From Octopus bimaculoides (Eukaryota), in contig NC_068987.1 of the NCBI RefSeq assembly GCF_001194135.2, positions 29,954,086-30,018,085 of the forward strand: 64,000 nucleotides of DNA. Direction: 5' to 3'. This document shows, piece by piece, positions 50,410 through 63,695 of this stretch; the stretch's first letter is position 1, and the number at the start of each line of letters is the position of its first letter. The position numbers and the translations under genes were made by a program. A model generated the notes under the pieces. The model was given only the letters and a program-made list of their open reading frames with translations, had not been told where the DNA came from and did not search any database.

Positions 50410-50578
50410 TATTCAAAGTAGCCGCCATCAGAAGACAGCTCCAGAATCTGGCGCATGCGTTCCTCACTGTGTTCTTGAGATCTTCGAACACCTCCTTTGA
50501 TCTTGGCCACCAGCTCGGCCTTAGCGTTGCAGGCAGTGCGATTGATGATCTTCTTAACCGCTCCTCACACATAGGTAT
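50410..50578 (-). mobile_element. C-terminal fragment of the same maT-like transposase family
   Basis: NRTACNAKAELVAKI..EVFEDLKNTVRNACARF...DGGYFE; aligns by eye with 12262-12410. Confidence 0.7.
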
Positions 50579-50757
50579 TTATGGGTTTACTGTTGGGGGG
50601 AATTAGGAGGCCAGAAATTGAGGTTGGTGGAAGTTGTACAAATTCTCTAATAACCACTTCTGACTCTTTCCGGTGGTATAACAAGGAGCCGAATCCTGCT
50701 GCCTCACATGAGGCTACTAATCCCAAGATTCTGAGTTCGATTCCAAGCAGTGACCTG

Positions 50758-50787
50758 AATAATAATAACAACAACAACAACAACAAC

Positions 50788-50843
<56 letters not shown>

Positions 50844-50860
50844 TGATGATAATAATAATA
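50758..50860 (+). repeat. (AAT/AAC/GAT)n microsatellite; representative of many (CA)n, (TA)n and (GAT)n tracts
   Basis: Direct reading. Confidence 0.95.
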
Positions 50861-51435
50861 GGCAGTGGCTCTCATNNNNNNNNNNNNNNNNNNNNNNNNN
50901 NNNNNNNNNNNNNNNNNNNNNNNNNNNNNNNNNNNNNNNNNNNNNNNNNNNNNNNNNNNNNNNNNNNNNNNNNNNNNNNNNNNNNNNNNNNNNNNNNNNN
51001 NNNNNNNNNNNNNNNNNNNNNNNNNNNNNNNNNNNNNNNNNNNNNNNNNNNNNNNNNNNNNNNNNNNNNNNNNNNNNNNNNNNNNNNNNNNNNNNNNNNN
51101 NNNNNNNNNNNNNNNNNNNNNNNNNNNNNNNNNNNNNNNNNNNNNNNNNNNNNNNNNNNNNNNNNNNNNNNNNNNNNNNNNNNNNNNNNNNNNNNNNNNN
51201 NNNNNNNNNNNNNNNNNNNNNNNNNNNNNNNNNNNNNNNNNNNNNCGCGCACATATGGTTGTGATGCATGTGCCTGGTGTACCTTTATCAGACGGGTAGT
51301 CATGATGGGTATAATGGGCTTCATATATTTTACCCCAGTGTCACTTTGATGGCAAGGACTGCTCTTTTGCTCAATAATAATAATAAAATCGAAAAATACT
51401 TTAGAAATGAGAACATAAGTTGGAAATTTCCCCAA

Positions 51436-51481
51436 GACACCTGATGAAGGCTGGAGGGTATATCAGCCGAAACGTTGTGTT
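51436..51481 (+). ncRNA. Second copy of the same minimal hammerhead motif (core CUGAUGA)
   Basis: Identical to 35298-35343 except at variable position 7. Confidence 0.75.
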
Positions 51482-52129
51482 AACAACAAACAAGATGAGG
51501 ACAAATATCCGTCAAATGTAAATAATGTAAATAATGTACCTTGAGCAAGTGTTTTGTATCTGAGCTTCAAGTCAACGAAAGAGTTGCGTATGAAATTCGA
51601 TAGATAAAAATTGCTTGACGCCTTGGAGAAACTGCTTCAGGGTCTGGCAGGTGGACTTAATCTGTCCCTTGTTTTTAACTTCGGGCCTCCGTTTCATGCA
51701 TTTAGGTTAGAACTCTGATCTGAAGAGGACCTTATTCTTTCATCTCATCAGTCTTGAAAGCCCTAAAAGTATCCAAAAGACCCGGTCATTTTTTTTCTCT
51801 GAATCATATAAAAAGAGAATTTTTTTTTTCGTATCTGTATCTTCTATTCTATTATCTCTTCTCTGTCTCCCCTCCACCCCACCTCTCTCTCTCTCTTTTA
51901 CACACACATACATTTTCCCTCTCATATACATACACTCAGTCACACACACACACACACTCACACGCACTTACATACACTTACTCGCGCATAAATACACACA
52001 TACACACACACACACACACACCACACACTCACTTGAACATACATACACATACAAACGCACACACACAAACACACGTACCACACGTGCACATCCCACTCAC
52101 AATATACGTTCAGAGAAGGAAGATCATCA

Positions 52130-52710
52130 TAAATGCCATTTCTCAGGATCTTTGAAACTAGAGAAACTAATAAAGGAAGTTATCCTCAAATCGATGACCT
52201 GACTCGAATGCTTACAACAGATTGACCCCCTACTCAAAGCCCCCAAGAAACAGATATTAGCGTTATGTCAACCTCGTAAAACTTTTCATTTAAACGAATT
52301 ATGTTTATTGTGCTCTTCAAAGGGTATGATCGCGAATACAAGCAGCCGAAAAGGAGTTCCTCTGAAGGATCTCTGGAGCAACGTGACTCGACAGGGTACG
52401 TAGGTCCGAGATCAAGGAGTCCCTTCAGATCGAGCCGCTACTTCTCCACATTGAGGGATTACAGCTCCAGTATTATAAACATATGATTAGAATGTTACAG
52501 GAAAGAATCGCATGACATATTCTTCAAGCCGAACCAACCAGTAGGAGACCTTGGAGTAGACCAAGATGGTTGGTTAATGTCCTTAATCTCAGATGTTCAT
52601 GCTAGGGAACCCAACCAGAAAACGTAATGACGGTTGCTTCTAATAGGCCCCTATGGAGAGAGATGCCTTAAGATTCCATCCCCACGGCCCTCCCAGGTAT
52701 AGTGAGCGGT
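52130..52710 (+). mobile_element. Decayed RTE LINE C-terminal fragment
   Basis: QAAEKEFL*RISGAT*LDRVRRSEIKESLQIEPLLLHIE...ILQAEPTSRRPWSRPRW; stops at likely CGA>TGA sites. Confidence 0.8.
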
Positions 52711-53534
52711 GAAGATGGATGGGCGTTTATCGTATTTTGTTGTAGTAATTTAAACCACGATCTTCCCTAAATATATTAGACTAGGCCCCACTATAACCTT
52801 CCAGAAAAATCTATGCCCCACCAGTGGTTGGAAATAAACAACTTTATTTTTAATATTTTATCACAATTATTTAATAGGAAAGAATCTACCGGTAGCTCTT
52901 TTATTAAATACTGAGTACAAAAAAATGTACATTATTGACTAAGAAAAAAGTGAATCACTTTAATGAGAAGTTTGTGCCTGACGACTACGCCCCACCACAA
53001 TTTTTCCAAACCCCACCGATGGGGCATATGACCCACACGTTGGGAATCACTGGACTACATGGAGTAATGTGGTCTAGAAACGACCTGGAGTAAAAGATAG
53101 ATGGAAGTGTTATGGTTTGAACATCTTTTGATCATGTCTGCTCGATGGCTGATCATGAGCTAAATGAATGACTAAAACATTCCAGATTTCTTTCCTATAT
53201 AGATTTTAGGACATTAATTTCAATAACATTTCATCCTCTAAAAGAAATATTTCACCTTCATTTTTGTAATGAATTACTCTTACCTTCTCGGTCCAAATCC
53301 CAACTTTAACATTTATCATTCCAGAGACGATAGAATCAAAGTACCAGTCAAATAATAGGGTCTATATAATCGACCATACAACTCCCTTGAAAAACGTTGC
53401 ACTGTGTCTCACCCCGACATACCCTTCTTTCCATACCCTATTTTATGTAATCTCTTGCACAAATTGTAACCTACTTTAGTAATGCACCTGATATGATGAC
53501 CCTGTAACAAATAAAGAAATTTTCCTCTGTCTTC

Positions 53535-54430
53535 ATATTCTGAGTTCATATTCCACCGAGGTCGACTTTGCCTTTCATCCTTTTCGGGGTCGATAAATCA
53601 AGTACCAGTTGAGTACTGGGATCGGTGTAATCGACTATCCCCCACCCCAAATTTCAGGCCTTGTACCNNNNNNNNNNNNNNNNNNNNNNNNNNNNNNNNN
53701 NNNNNNNNNNNNNNNNNNNNNNNNNNNNNNNNNNNNNNNNNNNNNNNNNNNNNNNNNNNNNNNNNNNNNNNNNNNNNNNNNNNNNNNNNNNNNNNNNNNN
53801 NNNNNNNNNNNNNNNNNNNNNNNNNNNNNNNNNNNNNNNNNNNNNNNNNNNNNNNNNNNNNNNNNNNNNNNNNNNNNNNNNNNNNNNNNNNNNNNNNNNN
53901 NNNNNNNNNNNNNNNNNNNNNNNNNNNNNNNNNNNNNNNNNNNNNNNNNNNNNNNNNNNNNNNNNNNNNNNNNNNNNNNNNATTATTACTATTATTACTA
54001 AGGCAGCGAGCTGGCAGAATCGTCAGCACGCCGGGCGAAATGCTTAGCACTATTTCGTCTGCCGCTACGTTCTGTGTTCAAATTCTGCCGAGGTCGACTT
54101 TACCTTTTTATCCTTTCGAGGTCGATTAAATAAGTACCAGTTACGCACTGAGGTCGCTAAAATCGTTTAGCCCACTCCCAACAAATTTCAAACCTTGTAC
54201 CTATAGTAGAAAGGATTATTGTTATTATTATTCGTTTGCACGCCGGGCAAAATGCTGAGCGGCATCTCATCCGTCTATACGTTCTGAGTTCAATTTCCGC
54301 CGAGGTCGACTTTACCTTTCGCCCTTCCGGAGTCGATAAAATAAGTACCAGTTGAGCACTGGGGTTGATGTAATCGACAACCACTCTCCCCCACAAAAAT
54401 GTCGGGTTTTGTGTCTATAGCAGAAAAGTT
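53535..54430 (+). mobile_element. Tandem SINE family B copies around an N gap; others at 40400-40760(+), 41070-41270(-), 41815-42015(-), 43320-43545(-), 46165-46372(-), 57828-57990(+)
   Basis: Shared gagctggcagaatcgttagc head, gagttcaaattc box and core. Confidence 0.8.
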
Positions 54431-54567
54431 TATCATATTTTTTATTTGTAGAGGTCGGCGTTCGTTTACTTGCTCCGTTTGATTGAGGAATTTTAGCAAG
54501 CTTACCGTTTTTCCATTTCGGATTACTTTCAAATAAAGAACCATACAAACCCATAAACATTCGCTTT

Positions 54568-54959
54568 GTTGTTGTTGTTGTTGTTGTTGGCACTCCGTCG
54601 CTTACGACGTCGAGGGTACCAGTTGGTCCGGAACAGCCTGCTCGTGAAATTAACGTGCAAGTGGCTGAGCACTCCACAGACACGTGTACCCTTAACGTAG
54701 TTCTCGGAGATATTCAGCGTGACACAGTGTGAAAAGGCTGACCCTTTGAATTACAGGCACAACAGAAACAGGAAGTAAGAGTGAGACAAGGTTATGGTGG
54801 AAGAGTACGGCAGGGTTCGCCACTATCCCCTGCCGGAGCCTCGTGGTGCTTTAGGTGTTTTCGCTCAATAAACACTCACAACGCCCGGTCTGGGAATCGA
54901 AACCGCGATCCTATGACCGCGAGTCCGCTGCCCTAACCACTGGGCCATTGTGCCTCCAC
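54568..54959 (-). mobile_element. SINE family C with 13-bp TSD; 3' half copy at 46455-46640(+)
   Basis: aaacattcgcttt at 54555-54567 and 54960-54972. Confidence 0.92.
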
Positions 54960-56109
54960 AAACATTCGCTTTATACCCAAGACAAACAAGAAATGAGGGT
55001 TTTTTTTTTTTAGACGTATAAATTTTGTGGTTTACATCTCTTTTTACAATGGCTACTCGTTCTAAAGAAGCTGGGAATGCACTCAAGGAAACTGATTGAA
55101 CTTAATAACACTGAGTACGAAACAAGAAAAACACTTTATTGAATGGGCAAATATATACGGTTAAGTACTGAAAAACTTAATTAAACTAGTAGATACATAA
55201 TTAAATGCCGCACTTTTAGCAAATTAAAACCTTAACTTTTTGGCAAGAATTATCGTATTTCATTTCAAGGCAGTGTAAATTTAATTAATAAAGAATTGAT
55301 TTTTGTTTTCGTTTTGTTTGGGGTTTTCTCGTAGTTTGTTTTTCCCCCAGGGTATCTCTGTATGGTTTCATATGTTAAACAAACAGGTGATCCTACAAGA
55401 GCATCAAAGCTGAGCTTGTCCCACTTTCCGTGATCTAAAGGCCATTGAGAGTCCTCGGAGAAGGTAACCCCTTAACTGTTGCTGATACCCGTTTCAGTTG
55501 AGTAGAGTAGAGTAGAGCAACATCGTTGAAGTCCGTTGCTTAAAGACACAACACACTACCCGATCCGTGAATCGAAACTACGCCCCTACGATCGTGAGTG
55601 CAACATCCTAACCACAAGTACGCGCGCTTTCATATTGATAGCCACCGTTTAAGCAATTGTAAAGATATTGTTTAATTTAGAATTGACGCTGCAAATGTTT
55701 CCATCCTTGTTTTACTGTTGCATGTAGCACCAGACGTCTTGGTGAGCTGCTGCTGATGTTCCGTCCCCGGTCGGCTTTCATTGGGCAGATTCATTCATTA
55801 AAAGCGCTCCATCCAGGCTCATCACGTTTCTTCTTTTTTTTTTTTTTTTTTTTTTTTTTTTAGCAATATCATACACAAGACTACTTTAGCTATTAAATCC
55901 GTTTAAAAAAATGGTAGCATGGAACGTGGTGAAAGGGAAGGATTTTGGCTGTTATTTCTAGGAAAATTAACGACTACATTGTGGCTGCTTCGTTGTGTTT
56001 CGGGAAGTCTAGTTTGTTTTCCTGGTGTTGAGAATCCAGCCCACAGATAAAAACAATCGTGGATATTTAATCTCTGTGTTTACTATGCCAGGGCATCTGT
56101 ATTAGTGTG

Positions 56110-56159
<50 letters not shown>

Positions 56160-57299
56160 CGTGCGTGTGCGCGGGTGGGTGTGCGTGTGCGTGTGTGTGT
56201 GTTCCAAACTAACAATCAGCTACTGATTGGAAAACAGCGGTACAAGGGAAATAACTCTTTCATTACTGGCGTGAAATACTGAGTTTGCCGCATAACTCTC
56301 CATGTTCCATAAGGAAAACGTCGCTACTCTGTTAGCTTAATACGATAAATTCCATCTCTCCGGCAAAGGCAAACAATGTTGACAACAGCCAAAATATCAT
56401 CATATAACTAATAAACAAGTCTTTATATAGTAGGGTCTCACGTAAGAATGAAAATCTTCTTTAAATTGACATTAACCAAGCAATTGATGAACAAAATCTC
56501 CTGCGAGAGATGTTAAAGAACTAATATAGTGCAACATTTTTTTTTTTCTTTTTATGTGGTCTTTGGTCAGTAACTTATTTCCTGTTGACTTCTATCTAGA
56601 AATCAGAAATTCCCTGGATAACAATGTTTTAACCTATTTTCCATTACATTTCACACAGATTCTGCGCTTAATTGCTGAAGCAGAAATATCTTTATATCAA
56701 ATATATTGATGAAGCAGAAATATCGTTATAGCAAATATTCTGCTCAATAGCACAGATTTGCTTGACCTTAACCACTTGTGCATATCCATTAGTGGCTGAC
56801 AATATGTGCGTCTCTGATCATGAACAGGAGTAATGGAGGAGCATCATAGCCGTGTGTTGAGAGGGATTCTTTGGAGTTTGAATAAATGTACCAATAGCAA
56901 AGTTTGAAGGAAATATTAGCCATTTTTCATTCTTTCTAGGGGTAAACAAACACGAAATAACAGTTGCTACAGAAGGTCAAAATTCGTGTTGGACAGTAAT
57001 GAAAGAACAAGGGAAATAACTGCATATAGATGCTCGAAATTTTTTGACACTATAATAGACAACTCTTCTCTAGAAGCGGGCCGCACTTCTGAAATTAAAT
57101 TCGAGGAAACTTTTTACCAGGTATGCCATTCAGAAACCCCCGCGGGGCGCAGGTTGCCATGAGTGCTGTATATATCTGTAATGCAGATTAGAGTAGAACT
57201 GGTCTTCAAAGCCAACTTGTGAAAGCAACAGATATATCTTCTTTATGAAATAAACATGTTAAAACCAGTAATTCACGTCACACTCTATCCTCCCAGTAC

Positions 57300-57665
57300 T
57301 TCTATAGTTCCTAAAATTTCCCGCTCCGTAACGATAGATAACCTCAGCTGTCACATGCTGTGACGCACTCTCCAACGGGAACTTGGTGTGTTCAGCTACC
57401 AGCCCAGGTTCCATTGCTCTTCATGCTGAGAAAGCAAACTGTCAAAGTATCAGTCGCTCTCCAACGGGTTTATATTATAGTTGAGCCTGTGACAGTAGAG
57501 ACCTTCGATGTTCTCGGCCTCCGGACTATATCCTTATTCACCACTACCGGGGGTGGCGACAGTTGTCCGCAAGTGCGATCTCCATGAGTCAGAATGGTTG
57601 TTCCAGCGCATCTTCCTCGCCATCTTCTGGGGGAAATGCCTTTTCCAATTTGTTTGCTGGGACCA
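57300..57665 (+). mobile_element. Decayed CRE-like non-LTR element C-terminal (RLE) fragment
   Basis: Frameshifted HAEK..SKYQSL, EPVTVETFDVLG and EWLFQRIFLAIFWGNA. Confidence 0.65.
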
Positions 57666-59254
57666 TGCGGCAGTCTGAATTACGAGAAATCGAGAGAATG
57701 TACGAATTTCGAAGCTTACTGCACGAACAATAAACTTATTCCAAGTAAAAGAATGAAAAATATCTGTCAGAATGTTACTACAATAACTATCTCTGCTCCT
57801 CTCAACTAATATCTGACAGTAGACTAGGTGGCGAGCTGGCTGAATCGTTAGCACGCCGGGTAAAATGCTTAGCGGCATTTCGTCCGTCTTTATGTCCAAT
57901 GTTCAAATTCCGCCGATAACTTTGCCTTTCATCTTTTGTGGGTTGATAAAATAAGTACCGATTGAGCACTGGGGTCGATGTAATCGATTTTACACTACCT
58001 CATGATTGTGAGCCCGAAGTTCTAACCACTGATCCATGCGCCTTCTTGGGCTGTATAAGCAACTTTTATTATTTTTTTTTTGCTTGGGAGCCCAGGTGGA
58101 GGGTTAAGTTAGACACAGGGACTCGGTTCTGAGAAGGCTAATGGTGATCTCCACTACACAGATGTTCTTCGATGCCCCTTACATCTAAAGTGTGCTTACC
58201 ATCTTTCTCTTATCACCTCTCTTCGTAATTCGGTTTAGGGTTGGTGCTAAATAAGGGTGAGAAGCAGCGGTCCACACTACAAAGACATTCCTGAGCACTC
58301 TTTCTGAAATCGCCAGTGTTGTTTTCCAATTTGATCTAAAATAAATTCTTTCAATTCAATCAGACATTATATCATCTTAACCTTGGTAGAGATGGCTTCA
58401 AAAGATCTCTCAGCTTGGCAGTGCATCCACCCTAACCCAGGAGATGAATAGGATTACTCCTTCGATCTTACACTTTGTGTTGGGTGTAATGATTTATATG
58501 TACCAAATAAATGACAAGAGAGAAATATTATTCAAAATGGCCTTTATTTTAACAATACAGTATAAGAAGCAACTTCTTCGAGTTGAAGTTGTACAAAGAT
58601 TATTTGCAATTGGGTTATTCATTTTGTAGATAGTTGTGTTCATCTATCTTGGTGACTATTAGAAGGTAGATGGAAGAAGGAAAGAGAAAGAGTAATAGAA
58701 TTTACCAGTTTGAGTTGACAAGTAGAGAGTGTGAGACTTGAGTAGTCCCTCGGCGACAAGTCATTACTTTTGGGCAGGCACCAGGCAAAATGGATAGAAC
58801 TGAGTTTGGGTACTGTATTTATAAATGCTGGAAAACTGAATGTAGGTCAGAGAACAATGGAAAGTAAAGAGGTTTGTTTCTGTTGAACTGTATTCAACCT
58901 AAGAATCTTAACTTAAGCAATAAAACTTAACTCAGTGTAACAGTTGACCCTCATAAATCTCTAAGTACTACTGCTGAAGTGATTCGCTACATGAGTATCA
59001 ATGATCTGAAGGTCTGGTAACTTAACATTGCATGTCTGGCAGGGTGAGGGAAGATACAGTCCTCAATACGGCAAAGTTGATAATTAAGGATCTTGGTCAT
59101 AGGAGTTTTCAAGTTAAATAATCTAAATGTGAATTCATTTTCACATCAGTCTATGGTGGTACTATTCAATGAATTCTTTTGTTGCATCATTGTCCTTCCA
59201 CAAATAGTGTGGCAATCCCTTGGGGGCCCAATTTCCGATCTTGCTTTCACTCTT

Positions 59255-59642
59255 TTAATTGTTTCAGTCATTTGACTGCGGCCATGCTGGAGCACCGCCT
59301 TTAGTCGAGCAAATCGACCCCAGGACTTATTCTTTGTAAGCCTAGTACTTATTCTATCGGTCTCTTTTGCTGAACTGCTAAGTTACAGGGATGCAAACAC
59401 ACCAGCATTGGTTGTCAAGCGATGTTGTGGGGACAAACACAGACACACAAACACACATACATATATATATATATATACATATATACAACGGGCTTCTTTC
59501 AGTTTCCGTCTACCAAATCCACTCACAAGGCTTTGGTCGGCCCGAGGCTATAGTCGAAGACACTTACCTAAGGTACCACGCAGTGGGACTGAACCCAGAA
59601 CCATGTGGTTCGTAAGCAAGTTACTTACCACACAGCCACTCC
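59255..59642 (-). mobile_element. SINE family A; partial copies also at 8215-8330, 14440-14545, 15885-16080, 16773-16925, 48445-48570
   Basis: Alignment to family. Confidence 0.9.
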
Positions 59643-60126
59643 TGCACCTTATTTGAAAGAATTTAGTCAAAACTGTCATTTTGTTTACAGAATGAAACTG
59701 TTAAATTGTTGAAAACTCATGTTTGTGTTTTATTCTTCATTTTGTTGTTTGACCATGCTTGCAAGGTTTTTAGATATTTTCTCACACATTCCATCAAGAG
59801 CCATTTGCTTAGCTCTTCCCCACCAGGGTCCCACAACTATTACTTTTTGCTTCTTGATTTATAATCACCCAATTAAATAAAACAACTTTTGCAATTTAAC
59901 ATATAATTTATATTTTGACACATACTTTGCACACTCACAGCCAGAGACAATGAATTCTTTTTCAAGTATGTGACTGGTTGCAAGTACTCACCTTTAAAAA
60001 GGATCAAAAAGACCAAAATGCATCGGTCGATCTCGCTGGCTGCTGCCACAACAAATGCTTGTCTCTCTCTGATGTTTAAGAAGTTCAGAGGGCTAATGTA
60101 TGTATATATAAAAATACATATACACA

Positions 60127-60164
<38 letters not shown>

Positions 60165-60597
60165 NNNNNNNNNNNNNNNNNNNNNNNNNNNNNNNNNNNN
60201 NNNNNNNNNNNNNNNNNNNNNNNNNNNNNNNNNNNNNNNNNNNNNNNNNNNNNNNNNNNNNNNNNNNNNNNNNNNNNNNNNNNNNNNNNNNNNNNNNNNN
60301 NNNNNNNNNNNNNNNNNNNNNNNNNNNNNNNNNNNNNNNNNNNNNNNNNNNNNNNNNNNNNNNNNNNNNNNNNNNNNNNNNNNNNNNNNNNNNNNNNNNN
60401 NNNNNNNNNNNNNNNNNNNNNNNNNNNNNNNNNNNNNNNNNNNNNNNNNNNNNNNNNNNNNNNNNNNNNNNNNNNNNNNNNNNNNNNNNNNNNNNNNNNN
60501 NNNNNNNNNNNNNNNNNNNNNNNNNNNNNNNNNNNNNNNNNNNNNNNNNNNNNNNNNNNNNNNNNNNNNNNNNNNNNNNNNNNNNNNNNNNNNNNNN

Positions 60598-60647
<50 letters not shown>

Positions 60648-60872
60648 CACATGTACACATATCCATAAGAATCAGTTACTAGTAGGTACAGTACAATATT
60701 CCTATTAGAGAGTGTATAAGAGAAGAAATAAGAGTAAAATAGAAGTAAGCAATAGAGTTTGAGAAGAGTAAAACTTTGTAGAAATGAAAAGATATATGAA
60801 AGGAAAAATATATATACATATACAAACATATACATATATATATATATATATATACATATACATAGAATAGAC

Positions 60873-61397
60873 ACATACATATTTTATGCATTGCCTTCCA
60901 ATATTCATGTTATAACTAGTGGTGGATCGAAGGGTATAGTCATTTTTAATATGAGTTTTTTAAGAAGGATGGATTCATGCAGTGGTTCATATTTTCCTTA
61001 CATATAAATATGAACATATGATATGTCTATAGATGAGGGTTTAAGAATATGGTCCACATTATGGAAGTGAAAGCTTATATTAATAGTTATGATAGCAGTT
61101 GGTACCAAAGATAGTAAAGCTCCAAGTAGTGACCAAGATACTGTATTAGTTTCCGTTATTTTTCCGATCAACAAGTTACTGAATCCCTGTGTGTAGTTGG
61201 GAGGAGATGTATGGTCAGTCCCGTAACTAAATTGGTCAGCTATTTTTTTGGAAAGCCTATGACGCTGTTTTGGTTGGTTAATGGTTAACAGATGACATAA
61301 AAGCAAATTAGATAAAAATATATATATATAAATGCATAAAAACAAATAACCCATGGTCAACTATAGGCAGGTAGAAGAGTAAAGTAAAAATTAACAT

Positions 61398-61449
<52 letters not shown>

Positions 61450-63695
61450 GTTATATGTAGTAATCTGGATATGTATGTGTAGTCACAAGTGAGGACATAT
61501 GTATACATATAAGCTCATACTTGTACAGGTATATATGACAAACTATGTAGGATTCCATAGATTCATTTGGGATATTTTCACACATATTTTGAAAATGAAT
61601 ATACTCATATATAAATATGTGGAGTTCAGGATGAAGATTTGGGCTTGGTTGGTTCTGTATATATATACTGGAGTACACGTGTTGATCTAGGTATAAGAAA
61701 ATATATATATCTGATTGGTATTCTAATTGGAGTATTTGTAGATCTATAGATATATTTATGTAATCATATATTTATATTTATGTGTATACATATGTGGGGA
61801 GTTTAAAATATAGGTAAAGACAAGTATGGTTTTGCATACAAAATGTTGTGCACACATGGGTTATGGTGTAAATGTATATCTGATTGGTATTAATATTGGG
61901 GCACTTGGAGATCTGTAGATACACTTATGAATCATNNNNNNNNNNNNNNNNNNNNNNNNNNNNNNNNNNNNNNNNNNNNNNNNNNNNNNNNNNNNNNNNN
62001 NNNNNNNNNNNNNNNNNNNNNNNNNNNNNNNNNNNNNNNNNNNNNNNNNNNNNNNNNNNNNNNNNNNNNNNNNNNNNNNNNNNNNNNNNNNNNNNNNNNN
62101 NNNNNNNNNNNNNNNNNNNNNNNNNNNNNNNNNNNNNNNNNNNNNNNNNNNNNNNNNNNNNNNNNNNNNNNNNNNNNNNNNNNNNNNNNNNNNNNNNNNN
62201 NNNNNNNNNNNNNNNNNNNNNNNNNNNNNNNNNNNNNNNNNNNNNNNNNNNNNNNNNNNNNNNNNNNNNNNNNNNNNNNNNNNNNNNNNNNNNNNNNNNN
62301 NNNNNNNNNNNNNNNNNNNNNNNNNNNNNNNNNNNNNNNNNNNNNNNNNNNNNNNNNNNNNNNNNNNNNNNNNNNNNNNNNNNNNNNNNNNNNNNNNNNN
62401 NNNNNNNNNNNNNNNNNNNNNNNNNNNNNNNNNNNNNNNNNNNNNNNNNNNNNNNNNNNNNNNNNNNNNNNNNNNNNNNNNNNNNNNNNNNNNNNNNNNN
62501 NNNNNNNNNNNNNNNNNNNNNNNNNNNNNNNNNNNNNNNNNNNNNNNNNNNNNNNNNNNNNNNNNNNNNNNNNNNNNNNNNNNNNNNNNNNNNNNNNNNN
62601 NNNNNNNNNNNNNNNNNNNNNNNNNNNNNNNNNNNNNNNNNNNNNNNNNNNNNNNNNNNNNNNNNNAAATAAATAAATGTATTAATTGATTGAAGGATTG
62701 ATTCGTTGATTAATTAAACAATTCAACACTATTACATAGTGCCATGCATTTAATGCCTTATATATAATATTATATATCTTATAAATATAATTTTAGCGAT
62801 GAATAACGACAACATAGAAAAACAAATAATTTATCCGGTCCATTCGATCTGTTGTCCCTTGTTAGGAATTATTCCTTATATCTTCCGACATATATTAATC
62901 CCCTGTATTGCCCCTATATTGTGGTTTAAAATATACAATTGATTCCCCTAATTAGATAGATATATGATTTACATTTATTGTATGGAGTTTTATACCTTTG
63001 TAATAACTTATTTTTCGTATGCAGTCTATTAAGATCATATCCCCTCAGTCATATCACTCTAATTTATCATACTCGCTAACTTGTCTATTTATCTACATTT
63101 TATTTATATTATATTAATTTAATTTAATCAAATCTAATCTAGTTTCAATGTTAATTTTTACTTTACTCTTCTACCTGCCCAAAGTTGATCATGACTTGCT
63201 TTTATGCATTTATATATACATATTTTTATCTAGTTTGTTTTTATGTCATCTGTTAACCATTAACCAACCATAAGCTTTCAAAAAAGCTTTAACCATTAAC
63301 CAACCATAGGCTTTCAAAAAAAATAGCTGACCAATTAGGTTATGGGACTGACCATAACCCCTTCCCAGCTACACACAGGGATTCAGTGACTTGTTAATCA
63401 GAAAAATAACGGAAACTAATGCAGTATCTTGGTCACTACCTGGAGCTTTACTATCTTTGGTACCAACTGCTATCATAACTATTAATATAAACTTTCACCT
63501 CTGTAATGTGGACCACACTCTTAAACTCCCAACTATAGACATACCGTATATTTACATTTATATGTAAGCAAAATATGAACCACTGCATCAATTCACCCTT
63601 CCTAAAAAAGCTCATACTAAAAATAACTATACCCTTCGATCCACCACTAGTTATGAAAACATAAATATTGGAAGGCAACGCATGAAATATATATG
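60873..63695. repeat. Large inverted repeat, arms about 525-550 bp (60873-61398 / 63145-63695), enclosing about 1.75 kb including an N gap
   Basis: Arms align by eye along their whole length, e.g. ggtaccaaagatagtaaagctcc / ggagctttactatctttggtacc. Confidence 0.85.

Noticed and set aside
50565-51435. Long poly-Asn, poly-Leu and X-rich ORFs
   Set aside because: Artefacts of (AAT)n and N gaps; same for ORFs at 48103-48650, 53598-54050 and 59970-62676
52360-52430. ctgaagg motifs resembling ribozyme cores
   Set aside because: They are codons of the RTE fragment; no GAAA or stems
52822-53052. hAT MITE
   Set aside because: Right terminus present but no matching left TIR or TSD
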